DNA of 63,639 nucleotides, filler included, from Stramenopiles sp. TOSAG23-3 (lineage: Eukaryota): assembly GCA_900128585.1 (NCBI GenBank). It is 3 parts of 3 records of this genome, joined end to end, with 100 filler letters (N's around TTAATTAATTAA, not from the genome) between each part and the next. Parts side by side here need not be neighbours in the genome. Positions count along the whole stretch, not along the records: positions 1 to 30,685 come from LT642227.1; positions 30,786 to 61,406 come from LT642228.1; 1 more part is not named here. The stretch is one strand, 5' to 3'. Shown in pieces: positions 22,480-33,700 of this stretch. A program made the position numbers and the translations under genes. Numbering within the stretch: position 1 is the first letter of the stretch; each line of letters starts with the position of its first letter. Below the pieces are notes generated by a model, which worked only from the letters and a program-made list of their open reading frames with translations, made no database searches and was not told the origin of the DNA.

Positions 22480-22955
22480 ATTTCGGAGTTGAATCATAAG
22501 AGGTAGGCAATTTTACGGATAGTTTCACAGGGCGTGCCAGGGTCCCCCCCAATACGGTGGTATAGATTTTGTTTTAGACTTCTCATTTTCACTTTATATT
22601 TTTAAGAATTATAAAATTAAAAGATGGTCGCTAGTCGCTACCTCAAACAATTTTATGATAGTTGAATGATGAATTACGAATACGCCCTGAAGTGGAAAAT
22701 CCATGATACTCTTCGTAGACTTGGATCTTTAGAAGATACATTTACGCAGGTTTATGTATACGACTTGAAAGAAAATCATCATTATGATCATCATAATACG
22801 TTTTGGGATAGATCCAGTCATCTAAACAACAATAGTCGATATGATACCTCAAACAATTTTATGATATGATATGATAGTTTGAATGATGAATATTACCAGA
22901 AGTCTTATTCTGGAAGAAGGAGGAGTTTGGGTTCTTGAACGGTTTTACCTTCGTT
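22480..22955 (+). mobile_element. Diverged retroelement-family fragments
   Basis: 22480-22593 is similar to 11245-11392. The 22710-22770 peptide RRLGSLEDTFTQVYVYD resembles SRLGLPEGTFTSVCVYD (ORF 4545-4769). GGAGGAG..TGGGTTCTTGAAC at about 22920 resembles 4300-4323. Confidence 0.6.
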
Positions 22956-23266
22956 TATCTTTTTTGACTTATTAAACATATGATACTATATAATTTGTTT
23001 TTTAAATTACAAGATGGAGATATTGATCCCCCGTATACTACTAAGAAAATAAATAAAGAAAACGTGTATTAAACTTGCATTTTTGGGTTTTTTTCAATAA
23101 GGATTCTTTATAACTTTTGCGTGGGCATTTATAGGTGTACAACCAAAACAAATCTACGAGTAGTGATTTGATTCTTTAAAACATCACATATCATTTTGTC
23201 TAACGATAAACTGAATAAAGATTTTTTTTTTAAATTCTTCGATGTGATTCTTGTCCAATTGGAAAC

Positions 23267-25117
23267 TTAAACGATGTGCTTTTCGGACTTACTGGTCTTT
23301 CCAGTAAAGTTGGCAAACGGGAGACTGCAGGTCGGACAAATGGCAAACATTCGTTTCAAAAGGAACAAAACGCAAGATCGAAACCAAGCAATTTTTCTCA
23401 TGAGAATAACAAAAATGAAAAAACAGTAGACTTGAGTAAGTATGTTGTTCAAATCGTAGAATTTATTAAACGCTAACATTTCCCAAACTTTAGACAATTT
23501 CATCCACCAAGCTTGCTCGTATACGGATTTTGAACCTAGAAAAACCAATTTTGGGTAAAATTCCAGTGCTGCAAATGCCGCCCAACCAATAACTTCTATC
23601 AGCGGTGAATTGATCACAAACCTTCCAAACAAAATTGTGCCAAAGCCAATGAAGGTCATGCCATTCATCAACCGCGAATTATAGTCTCGTAAAAAATGCT
23701 TCAGTTCTTTTGAATACATCTTATTCAGTAGGCTTTGGTATTTGCCTTTAGCGGGGCCGATACAGTTATCCTTGTATGATGCATTGCACTTCGTTGCGTA
23801 GGCAGAGAAGCGAGAAATTGAAGGAAGTTTCATAGATACTGTTTTTTCCACTTCTTCTTGGCATTGAAAAAATATTTTTTCGCACAATTCACTGCTTTTT
23901 AAAGTATTTTCTTGTGACAAATAGCGGTGAAGTTCACTACATTTCTCTTCCAAAAAGTTAAGAAGTTTCAGGTGAATCTTTTCTGATTTACCAAACGCTT
24001 TTTGGTGGTAGCAGAAGAAAGCCTCCTTTTTCTGAACGCGATAATATCCAGCAGCTATTTTATTGTTCACCGGCATTTTCATTTGTGTCATCCGGGCAGA
24101 AAACGTGCGTAAACACCCATCCAACACTTTTCGGTTGAAAGTGTCTGTGATAGAATCAACTGTAGGTATGTTTCCAGCATTAACAGCAATTATCATGCGC
24201 CCTATGTGCGCAGCCATTGCTTCGCCATTTAGATGCAAACCACCGACAGTTTTTGGCGTTGCCAAAGCTTTCACAAGCGAGCGCAGTTTTTCTCGTTGTT
24301 GAATGTAAATTGGATCAAAATCACGATCTTTCAAATCGCACAACTTCGTTCTGGATAAATGTGGCTGGGGCAATCCGAATGCTGAAAAGTTTGTTTTAAC
24401 ATTTCGCAAAGATGCACGGATATAATTCAATTTATTTACAGACGCATCGTTATTAGAATTTGGTACACTTTGAAGTGCCGTATTTACCATACTAAGGACG
24501 CTTTGACCTTTCAAAAAGTCACGTTGTATTAACCATAGTAGGTGTGGCATCTTAAAGAGTTTCGCTTGTCGGTTCCCTCCGAATTCTTGTGCAAGCTCCA
24601 CAGCAAAAGACAACTTTGCAATATCGGTCTCTCTGATAGTTTCAGGCAAATTATAAATTAGAAGTGAAGCTATTAGTGCCGAAACAGCAAAAATTCTATC
24701 GTCGTATACTGCTGCTTTTCCAGCGCTTTCAAATCCTTCCGTATCTATGTACATGATTGCCCTTGACTGATAAATTTGTGGCACACTCCACATCCATATG
24801 CCCTTTGTCTCCGCATGCCTTTGGTGTCCAACACCGAAACCTTTACTGCATTCAGTACCAAGCAACTGATTCAATAAAAATGATTTTCCCGAACGATAGG
24901 GACCAATCACAACAACGGGAGTTATTGGCAAATTAACGCTTCTCAAGAAGTCAACTCCATTTGGTACAATTTCTAGTTTTTGTGGCGCAACAGGCGACTG
25001 TCGAACGATAAGAATTGGTTTCCCAGACTCGAATTCCCCCAAGACTGCAAAAGAGAGAGGAAAGAGCATAACAAGTATGAACACTGCGGAAGGGGGAATA
25101 CTCAAAGGAACTCTCAT
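23267..25117 (-). CDS. Guanylate-binding protein / atlastin-family GTPase with N-terminal signal peptide and C-terminal TM helices
   Basis: G1 GPYRSGKS, TKGIWMW, G3 DTEGF, G4-type QRDF; hydrophobic N-terminus and hydrophobic C-terminal segments. Confidence 0.92.
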   Translation of the reverse strand: MRVPLSIPPSAVFILVMLFPLSFAVLGEFESGKPILIVRQSPVAPQKLEIVPNGVDFLRSVNLPITPVVVIGPYRSGKSFLLNQLLGTECSKGFGVGHQRHAETKGIWMWSVPQIYQSRAIMYIDTEGFESAGKAAVYDDRIFAVSALIASLLIYNLPETIRETDIAKLSFAVELAQEFGGNRQAKLFKMPHLLWLIQRDFLKGQSVLSMVNTALQSVPNSNNDASVNKLNYIRASLRNVKTNFSAFGLPQPHLSRTKLCDLKDRDFDPIYIQQREKLRSLVKALATPKTVGGLHLNGEAMAAHIGRMIIAVNAGNIPTVDSITDTFNRKVLDGCLRTFSARMTQMKMPVNNKIAAGYYRVQKKEAFFCYHQKAFGKSEKIHLKLLNFLEEKCSELHRYLSQENTLKSSELCEKIFFQCQEEVEKTVSMKLPSISRFSAYATKCNASYKDNCIGPAKGKYQSLLNKMYSKELKHFLRDYNSRLMNGMTFIGFGTILFGRFVINSPLIEVIGWAAFAALEFYPKLVFLGSKSVYEQAWWMKLSKVWEMLAFNKFYDLNNILTQVYCFFIFVILMRKIAWFRSCVLFLLKRMFAICPTCSLPFANFTGKTSKSEKHIV

Positions 25118-25340
25118 CAGTTCTTTAGTTGGCCAGGGGTTTGCTGAAACTTGCCGCTACTGTTCCGGAAACGTCGTTGCTGCTTAGGAAAAGCCTTTTG
25201 TATCCATGCACACATGCACCAGCATTAAACAACAGCATGGTGGGTGGAACTTATCCGTGAGAGTAATTACTAAAAAAGAATAAGGAGCGATTCCGCTTCA
25301 GACTCATTTTCAATTATGGTTCTAACCAGTTTTATAAAAC

Positions 25341-25736
25341 AGACAGGTCAGAACCGTAGTAAAAGTCGACAGGTTAGGCCAGGCCCGTATTAAGAAAAGA
25401 AGGTCATCAGGACTGTAATTAGTTTTTTACATCTAATTTTGTTTTTTTACGATGCCTTAAAAGAAGTTGATTTGTTACACTGTACACTCAGGAGACCGCG
25501 CACAGCAGTGATGTAGTTTACAAGGACGTAACAGCGCGCTTGAGTATATCACAATACTTTCCGAATGTTATTACGTGAGAATTTTCCCTCTAATCTATAA
25601 AGTGTAAATGTATTAGTTCAGGATTTACCATTACATAAATAGAACTACCAAAACACGACAGGTCAGAACTGTATTAAAAACTGTCAGGTACGAACAGGTC
25701 AGAAACTGTCAAACGAGGGGGAGGTGGAGGACTGTA
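25341..25736. repeat. Two diverged direct copies of a short terminus ending ...GGACTG-TA (Tc1/mariner-like end remnants)
   Basis: GACAGGTCAGAAC.GTA.TAAAA at about 25342 and 25657; both blocks end in GGACTGTA (25410-25417, 25729-25736). Confidence 0.5.
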
Positions 25737-26141
25737 TACTTCGGTGATCCAGATTAATTTGTACTTATATATATCATTTTCCTATTATTAGTTATATACT
25801 AAGTATATAATAAAATAATTGAATAGACACAGCACCTTCGCCTTATTTAGTGCTCGGTTGTTCTTTTCTTTACAACTTGATTCTTCTCAGCTGTCGTCTC
25901 ACATTGTCAGTATTTTTACTACCAGCTATAACTCAATAACCCGTTTTATTAAGGTATTGTCATGTAAAAAGATAATGGGGGGGGGGAAGTGCACTGTATC
26001 TGTAAGGAGACCACACAGTCTCGCTCTCCAAAAAATGCATAAGGATGTGTTCTTCTCTCCGTTAATACAACCATTGTTGAAGTAATCGCGCACCCGTTGT
26101 GTGACTGAATCATTTTCTTTTAAAAAAAAATATTGTTGACT

Positions 26142-27044
26142 TTACAGGGATGAAATGTAACACTTTTGCACTGAGTAAAAATCGGCACCTAATTCTGTAA
26201 TAGGGTTCGTCGAAGGCGTAAAACCTTTGTGACTTACGCAAATATTCACAAGGGCATCATTTTCTTTTAAGGGGACAAAAAGCGCATCTAGACCTTTCGC
26301 AGAAACAGATGTGTTGCTTATATCTATGTGGCGCAGGGACTTGTTTTCTAGAACAAAATTTGAAAGCATGCTGATGCTTGAATCACCAATGTAAAGATTA
26401 CCAGAAACATCCAGGGAAGTGATATTACAGTTCAGAGTACACAATTTCAGTAAGGAGTCAAGACCACTATGTGTAATTTTATTACACCCGAAGCCAAGAA
26501 CTTGAAGTTGAAAAATATGGCTATTGCTATAACTTCCTTGCATGCTAAGATCGGGGGCAAGAATAGTTGCAACAAGTGACTCAATACCTGGATCTCCAAT
26601 TCCATTGTCTTCAAAATCTATATATATTATGTTTTTGTTTTTCTTCAACAAATTAGAAACAGCAGCTATGCCTTCATCTCCCAGATAATTCCCTTTAAAA
26701 TTAATCGTCTTCACACCAGAAGAACAAGACAAAGATGAAATATGGGAGGCGCATGTGCCGTCAATACCGCAGTTAGCTAGAGAGACGGTAGTAATGCTCC
26801 TATTAAGTGACAGTGTACAAACTAGTTTTTGCATTAATGTACTATCTACGTAAATTGAATCTAGTACTAGTTCTACAATTTTGCACGATGGACTACTCAA
26901 AGCGGATAAGAAATACTCCACGGACGAAAATGTCAAGGTATCTTTAACTACAACGACACGAAGACCTGAAGGCAGCAAATTTCCGTCTGTTTCTTTCCCA
27001 CCGCCACAGTCTTCGCTGTAAAGACTCCGAAGAGGTCTGTCCAT
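26142..27044 (-). CDS. Leucine-rich repeat protein (ribonuclease-inhibitor/RanGAP-like LRRs)
   Basis: 28-aa repeats LxxNxSITTVSLANCGIDG, INFKGNYLGDEGIAAV, IDFEDNGIGDPGIESL, LDVSGN. Confidence 0.85.
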   Translation of the reverse strand: MDRPLRSLYSEDCGGGKETDGNLLPSGLRVVVVKDTLTFSSVEYFLSALSSPSCKIVELVLDSIYVDSTLMQKLVCTLSLNRSITTVSLANCGIDGTCASHISSLSCSSGVKTINFKGNYLGDEGIAAVSNLLKKNKNIIYIDFEDNGIGDPGIESLVATILAPDLSMQGSYSNSHIFQLQVLGFGCNKITHSGLDSLLKLCTLNCNITSLDVSGNLYIGDSSISMLSNFVLENKSLRHIDISNTSVSAKGLDALFVPLKENDALVNICVSHKGFTPSTNPITELGADFYSVQKCYISSL

Positions 27045-27822
27045 CTTCAGTTATACTTCAAATTAAAGTCGGAGAAAAATGTAAAAACTCATTCGTGGCA
27101 ATCAATTGAGAAATGAAGAGTTTGGGCGTTTCCGGTTGTACTTCAAATACAATTCGGAGGATAATATAAAAACTTGTTGGTGTAATCGTCGGAGGAACGA
27201 TGAATTTGAGCAAGATGAATTGGAAGCATTGTTACTGTACTTTCGAAATGCATATGAAAAAACAATAGATCAATTCTATTATTTATTATGAAAAAAAAAT
27301 TCTAATCATAATAAATAATTATTAATAAAATAATACATAACATAAAAAAATGAACTAACTCCTCATTTTAAGAATATATTTGTCCTTTTTAGTCTAGTAG
27401 ATCTCATTCACAATACGACGCTAAATCAACTGACCCAATGATGGGAATTCCCTGCTGACAATCTGTACTAGTTGAACAAAAGGAATATGAATAAAAATTA
27501 AAACTCGTCCTGCGCACCTGCGCATCTGCTATTTCCCCATTTAATATTCTTGCCTAATTTTAGCGAGAACACAGCATTGAAAAAAGGCCAAAAAATGTGC
27601 TACAAAACTCTGCAAATCGATGGAAGAAAAAAAGAGAAAAGGGAGCCAAATATTAAGGAGCAACCGATGGCCTGCTCTACTACCTACTTCGTACAATTAG
27701 GATGTGCCGCGGGGAGCGAGCGGGTCACAACTAGTGGTTTTAAGGATATTGTTTTGTCCGGATTTATCCGAAAGTACAGTATACAAGTTTGGGCAAATCC
27801 TCTAAGACAATAAATGACAATG

Positions 27823-28140
27823 TGAGGTGGGTTGATTTTAGCAGTGGACATCTTATTTCTCTAATGGTGTGTAATATTAGTGATACTAATGCTGTGTAGT
27901 GTAAAATGTAAAACTCTTATTTGATCCATGTACTAGTTTGTATACTAAAAACATTCATAGGGATCCGATTCATTTCCTCCTTCATAGCCAGATATTGTTA
28001 GTATACAATATAGTACAAATAATGTAATAAGAGCTCTTATTTCTCTAATAGTGTGTTGATGTCAGAGAAATAAGATGCTCTTATTTCAAATAAGAGGTCC
28101 CCTTGCTAAAATCATCGATTCTGGTGGGGCACCTACCTCA
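27823..28140. mobile_element. MITE-like element with imperfect inverted repeats and internal TCTTATTTC motifs
   Basis: 27831-27858 GTTGATTTTAGCAGTGGACATCTTATTT versus the reverse complement of 28088-28116, GATGATTTTAGCAAGGGGACCTCTTATTT; outer TGAGGT/ACCTCA; interior matches 15224-15358. Confidence 0.55.
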
Positions 28141-29219
28141 ATCTAATGCCATATGGCACTTTTTTTCTAACACTAAAAATTTGATTATTTTAAGGTTTTA
28201 TATTAATTTAAGTACAACTTCATATCCTATCAAAATATGACCCTTCGGGACGCCTCACGTGCCTATTTCTATAATATTTACCTAATTGTCGATAGAATGG
28301 GAGGAGCCGCTCAGTAGAGATTCTTTGCCTTAGTGTGCCATTGTATTGACATTCGCTATGTTGTGTCCATTCGCCTGATCACACCCACTCAGGCCATTAT
28401 TTTCGCAGTTAGGAACAGTGGGGATAGGGTGTGAGTGAAAATTCACGAAAAAATAGATATTACTTTAATTCTGTTATTATGTTAAATATGATTAACATTT
28501 AAATAACAGAAAAATGGGGATATAACTTTAATTCCTTAATTTACACTTGATATGCGACAACAAAACCATCGAGTTGCAGACTTTCAAAACATTGTTGGAA
28601 AATTAATTAGCATTGTTGGAGCACAATTTATTGCAAATATTTGTTTTGTAAGAAAGAAGAAGAAAAACATAAATTAAGGAACTATTTACTAACTGGTATT
28701 TCCTTTGCCGTTCTAGTTGACCGTTTCACGCCGATCGTCCGGTTGTTTATCAATTATGCTTCTGTAATATACAAAAATTTGGTGACTATTGATTGAGCTG
28801 TTTCAAACGTTTTGGACGAGATATAATTGGTAACATACATTACAATTATCTAAGCGATTTTGAATACCTTATATTCCCTGTTATTTATTTAGGGATTTCC
28901 GAATTATGCTACCTTATGGGCTAGCTAGCTGGCGCTCTGAATTAATGTTTTGAAAGGGTAATTTGTGTTTAAAGCTCAAAATATGTACTGTACATAACAA
29001 ATAAAATTCGTCAGTCAATTTGTGCTGCTTAAACTGGTAACGGTAATAATCATTGAAAAGTTGCTGCCCACTTTTCTGACAATTCCATACTTTTTTCCTT
29101 TGAATCTTTAGAAAGCTCCAAAAGCTTTACCTTCAGAAAGCCTACTGCAATAAATCGCAATAGTTTACTTTGTATCACAATAATACCCTAACAAACCAGA
29201 AATTTACGATTACGAAACG

Positions 29220-30521
29220 ATGTCTACATTCGAAGCTGCGCATGAACTACTGCAACAAGGCAACGAAAACGGAAACGTGTTTGATCATGTGACTGGAATA
29301 GTGGTAAAGATTTTGCAGGACAGGCCTTCTGATGCCCTAAGTGCATTTGAAAATATATCACTTGTTTTGAAGAGCAGTTCTGCTGAAACTCATATTGCCG
29401 GACCAGCAACAAAAGATGTGTTTACCACTGAACGAGCGTCTTTAGCCCGGAAAACATTGGAGAACTTGAATCAGATTGGCAGTGCTGAGAATATTGAAGG
29501 TGTACAGAACTTGTACTCCGACACACTTTTGCTAGACTGGGCGGGTATATGCTTCAGTCAAGAAGAAATCTTTACGCTACAACAAACCATGTCCATCATC
29601 GTTTTGCAACAGCAAGAGACAGAAGACCCGGTCTTAAACGTTCGTTTTTGGGGGAAACTTTTAGGTTGTAGGGGTGTAGACTATTCTGTATTTGAGTGTG
29701 AGTGTAGCAGTGAGGTTGAAGTACCTGAAAATTTGCAGCCTGGCATGGAGGGACGGGAAGGTGTTAACAAATACACTTACTTCGTTTTATGTAATGGGGT
29801 TGTGTCTAAACTTCCACATCTTACGGAGCAGCACATTGCCTTGGCTCGACAAACGAAAAAATTGTTGACTGGAGATTTGAGTGTAGAAGTATCTGGCTAT
29901 CCACCTTTCCCTGGAAGAGAAGCACATTACGTAAGAGCTTTAATCGCACTGATTTCTGCAGACACAAAAGTGGCTCCTCAAGGCTTCTTTGGCAGAGATG
30001 AAGAATCTGATGAAATTTTATCAAAATTTAAGGCGACAGACGATTTACCTGAAGCCCTAAAAAGTCAAGAAGTGGACGACCTAGCTTGCTGGACGCATTT
30101 TGAATTAAGCATTAATGGTATGGGAAGGATGACAGCTGCCCCCCAGGTGGAGAACGCGGATGGGGATCTGGAGCCCGATAAACGCTATGAAGCAGCCGAA
30201 AATGCCACTGTCAGAGACGCTCTTGGTACTCTTCAAGATGAATCAGAAGAATGGATGGCATTAAAGTATTCGGTATCTTCTGGTACTGAATCTGTTGGCG
30301 TTTTAAAATCCTTACGATGGCCGGGAGCTGTTGCTGTGGCATCTGCGGGCAAACTGTCTTTCGTAAATTGCTACGTAGGGTATGGATGCAAATCGTCTGA
30401 TGTCAATTATACGCCACCAGCCTTACCATCTTTACAGTCCGAGTATGGAAATGATATTACTGAGCAAATCGACAACATCGATGTTCCCGTTGTTGAGGCT
30501 GATGCAGAAGAAGAAGACTAA
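29220..30521 (+). CDS. RSPH4/6: Radial spoke head protein 4/6 family
   Basis: VRFWGKLLG..DY..FE, GVNKYTYFV, LPH...ARQTKKLLTGDL, YPPFPGREAHYVRALIALIS, SLRWPGA, YVGYG. Confidence 0.92.
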   Translation: MSTFEAAHELLQQGNENGNVFDHVTGIVVKILQDRPSDALSAFENISLVLKSSSAETHIAGPATKDVFTTERASLARKTLENLNQIGSAENIEGVQNLYSDTLLLDWAGICFSQEEIFTLQQTMSIIVLQQQETEDPVLNVRFWGKLLGCRGVDYSVFECECSSEVEVPENLQPGMEGREGVNKYTYFVLCNGVVSKLPHLTEQHIALARQTKKLLTGDLSVEVSGYPPFPGREAHYVRALIALISADTKVAPQGFFGRDEESDEILSKFKATDDLPEALKSQEVDDLACWTHFELSINGMGRMTAAPQVENADGDLEPDKRYEAAENATVRDALGTLQDESEEWMALKYSVSSGTESVGVLKSLRWPGAVAVASAGKLSFVNCYVGYGCKSSDVNYTPPALPSLQSEYGNDITEQIDNIDVPVVEADAEEED

Positions 30522-30580
30522 TGTGTGTTTGAACACTTTGCTGGAAGAAACTGTGCGATGGCTGACCAAGGCACTTCATT

Positions 30581-30648
30581 AAAAACAAGAAAATTGGCTG
30601 TTATTTAAGTAATTAAATTTAGCTTCCTCATACCCTAATCCTAACTTG
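30581..30648 (-). mobile_element. Retroelement tail copy (variant with CCCTAATCCTAAC segment), 60 bp after the RSP4/6 stop, near the contig end
   Basis: Near-identical to 3428-3494 (CAAGAAAATTGGCTGTTA.TTAAGTAATTAAATTTAGCTTCCTCATACCCTAATCCTAACTTG). Confidence 0.85.
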
Positions 30649-30685
30649 ATTCTGAAATTTTGTTTTTTCGTTGTTGGTTGTCAAT

Positions 30686-30785
30686 NNNNNNNNNNNNNNN
30701 NNNNNNNNNNNNNNNNNNNNNNNNNNNNNTTAATTAATTAANNNNNNNNNNNNNNNNNNNNNNNNNNNNNNNNNNNNNNNNNNNN
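30686..30785. other. Artificial contig linker (N44-TTAATTAATTAA-N44)
   Basis: 100-bp N run with a central six-frame-stop linker at 30730-30741. Confidence 0.97.
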
Positions 30786-30790
30786 CGCAG

Positions 30791-33700
30791 TTGATCGCGA
30801 CAGGCACGAATCGACATTTTTTTATAGACAGTGAAGCGTCATCGTTGAGTATAAGGTGGTTGAACATGTCCAGTGGGGCTGCACGTCGAGGGGCATCAAT
30901 ATTTGTCGGCGCCGCATCTCAAGTTAACATTTCACGTTGCGTCTTCTTCAAGAACACAGCTTTCCCAGCGAATGGCAAAGAATCGCAGGGTGGGGCTATT
31001 TATGCCGAACATCCAAAAGAGGGTAGTGGCGATACACTTTTCATCGAACACTCGATATTTGAAAGAAACTATGGTTTCTATGGTGGGGCTATACACCTGG
31101 CGAAATGGGCTGCTAGGATAAAGACTTGTAGATTTACATCGAATTCAGCCGCTTACGGTGGTGCGATCTATACCAGGTCTATCACATCACTCGTTGTGGA
31201 ATCCACCACTATCAACCTCAACGAAGTTACCAAATTTGGCGGCGGTGTGATGATAAAGGATTCACCAGGGGTTACTTTTAGTAATGTGCTGGTATACAAA
31301 AATAGAGCAGGGCAACGTGGCGGTGGCATATATGTGGATGGCACTCCTACCTGGTCCATCGTATTAAAGTTGTCAAACTGCGAATTTGTTGAAAATATAC
31401 AATATCAATTTCAATACGATTTCAACTCGGGTGGAGGTGGTCTATATCTAAAAAATGAAGCAGCCGTTAGTATAAGGGAATGTGGGTTTGTACGGAACGA
31501 AGCGGTATCTGGGTGTAGTGGGGCTAGCGGGTCTGGGTGTGCAGGGCACCATATAATGGTGCGCAAATCTGGCAATTTAGGAAGGCCATCTATCACATTG
31601 GTGAATACAAATTTTACAAGCATAGAAACGACATACTCCTTCTGGGGCTATCAAGATGGGGATGACCCGGGTCCTGGAGCGTATGGCAATCCAACAGACT
31701 GTTCTGCAAACCCCTGTTCCGCCCCACCGTTTACAGGGCACTGTTCCTTGAAGACAAACCCTTTGCATGGGACAATGTGTCAGAGGTACAATACAAGTAT
31801 TGTTCCCCCGCCGAGCAAAAATACAAGCGCTACTAAAAATACAACAAAGACTCGGCAAAACTGTTCCAAAGGAACACGTTTAACCCTTGGTGGGTCATGT
31901 TTGTTATGCGCACAGAACACAATTCAGCCAGCAACTAACCAACATACGTGTTTGCAGTGCCCTGCAGGGCATCGAACGATGGCAATTGGGCCTCGGACGG
32001 CAGCGCAGCATGATGCGCACACTGATTGCGTGCCTTCCAAGTTTGCGGTGAATGTTCTTACAGGGTCAGTTTTGACTGGCGGCGCAAATTTCTCGGTTGC
32101 AATTCCGAGTGAACAGAGAAACGTGTTTTCAAGATCCCGAGAAGAGACAATAATTTATATTGCTGGGATGAAAATTCCGTCGCTCGGGGCAGTATCTGGA
32201 AACCGCAAAGTTGTGCAGAACGCAGTGGTCCCAAACAAAGGACCTTGTGGGGTCGGGACTCCTGCTTGTGAAATGTGGGCACAGCTTCTCGTGTTTGATA
32301 GCATTTACAACGCTAGCGGCTCCACAGAGATCTATTTTGTGGAAAAGGCGTGCCCGACCTCAGAAAAATGCACGGAGATTCCTTCCGACTTTCTATTGTA
32401 CCCCCGGAAAGATTGTCAATGGCGGAGTGATCAACAATGCAATGAATGCCCGATTGGAGCACGATGCCCAGGGGGAAGGGAAGTCTGGGCCCTGCCCTAC
32501 TTTGGAATATTTTCAACTCGGAATGGACTGCAAGTTGCCATGTGCAAGGAACCATCAGCAAGGTGCAAGGGTTATGTGGACGCAGAAAGAAAAGAAATGT
32601 GCGCCCTGGGTTATGGCGGTATGCTTTGTGGAGGGTGCAAACCTGGGTTTTACGCCAATGTGGTGGGAAGCAGCGCGTGCCGTTCATGCCCATCTGGCTC
32701 TGGGGATAGTGCTTTCGCATCTGTCGCCGTCCCGGCATTGTACTTCATAGCTATAATGTCCGTTTCCACCGCCTTCGCCCTTTTTCTATCGTATCTTGCG
32801 TACAAGTATGGCGGCGGGACGGTGGAAGGTGGGCGTAATCGCACGTTGGGGTTTCTAGGGTACGTGTGCCTGTCTTTGAGTCTGTTGGCACAAGGCAGCC
32901 GGAAGGCAAACGGGAATCTTCCGGAGTATTTTCAGAGCCTGGCGTCACACTTGGCCGTATTTCAATTAGATCTAGCGGGCCCTGTGCCCCCTGCGTGCAC
33001 CCCCTATCCGTTTTGGAAGCACCTTGCTGTATTTTTGTTGTCGACAGTGTGCAGTTGTTGCATAATGATCTTCCTATCGAAACCAGGAATTCGCAAAATC
33101 ATAGTTTGTAAAAAAGTTCCCTTCGATCAGCTTGCTCACGGTGCAACTATTTGGCTCTTTTTAACGTACTCATTAATGGCTAATTTTGCAATGGAGACTA
33201 TGCATTGCGTCCCCAGCAATGGGAAAAATGAAGTTACAGTAATGGCCAGCAACCCAAATGTTGTGTGTTTCCAGGGGGATCACACATTCATATTTGCGTG
33301 TGCACTGATAGCCCTATCGCTTCACGGCCTTACGGTTCCTATGTACACGGCGAGGAGCGTTAAGGTGCTCAGAGAACATTCCTTGGGAAAAGCCCATCCC
33401 ATTGGTTCAGAAACAGAATCTCCCACAGTTTACGGCGAATTTGTTTGGAAGTATTTTTTATCGAACTCATACAAACCGGCATTTTTCTATTTCTATCACG
33501 TAGAAATTTTGTTGTTGTTCCTGGGCTCACTCTGCAATGAATTTCTGTTTTACAGTGCGCCCGTGGCGTACGTCACAATTTTTTCTGTCGGCCTAGTTTG
33601 CAGTGCAACGGCATATGTATATCACAGCCCGTTTGCGCTTGACCATAGGTGGAAGTTCATTGTAAGAATTCATTTATCGCTGTGCTCGTTTCTCAATGTT

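Noticed and set aside
28497-28515. TTTAAATAACAG in a divergent spacer (also AACAGCCAAT at 908-917) as tail copies
   Set aside because: Only 10-12 bp AT-rich matches with no flanking homology; compatible with chance.
30581-30620. Tail motif as a pure host terminator, poly(A) signal or spliced-leader sequence
   Set aside because: It lies inside TSD pairs (38457-38556, 11014-11060), occurs in both orientations and is continuous with longer repeat bodies. Secondary co-option is not excluded.
30730-30741. TTAATTAATTAA palindrome (also 61451-61462)
   Set aside because: Artificial six-frame-stop linker inside N padding; adjacency of genes across it has no biological meaning.
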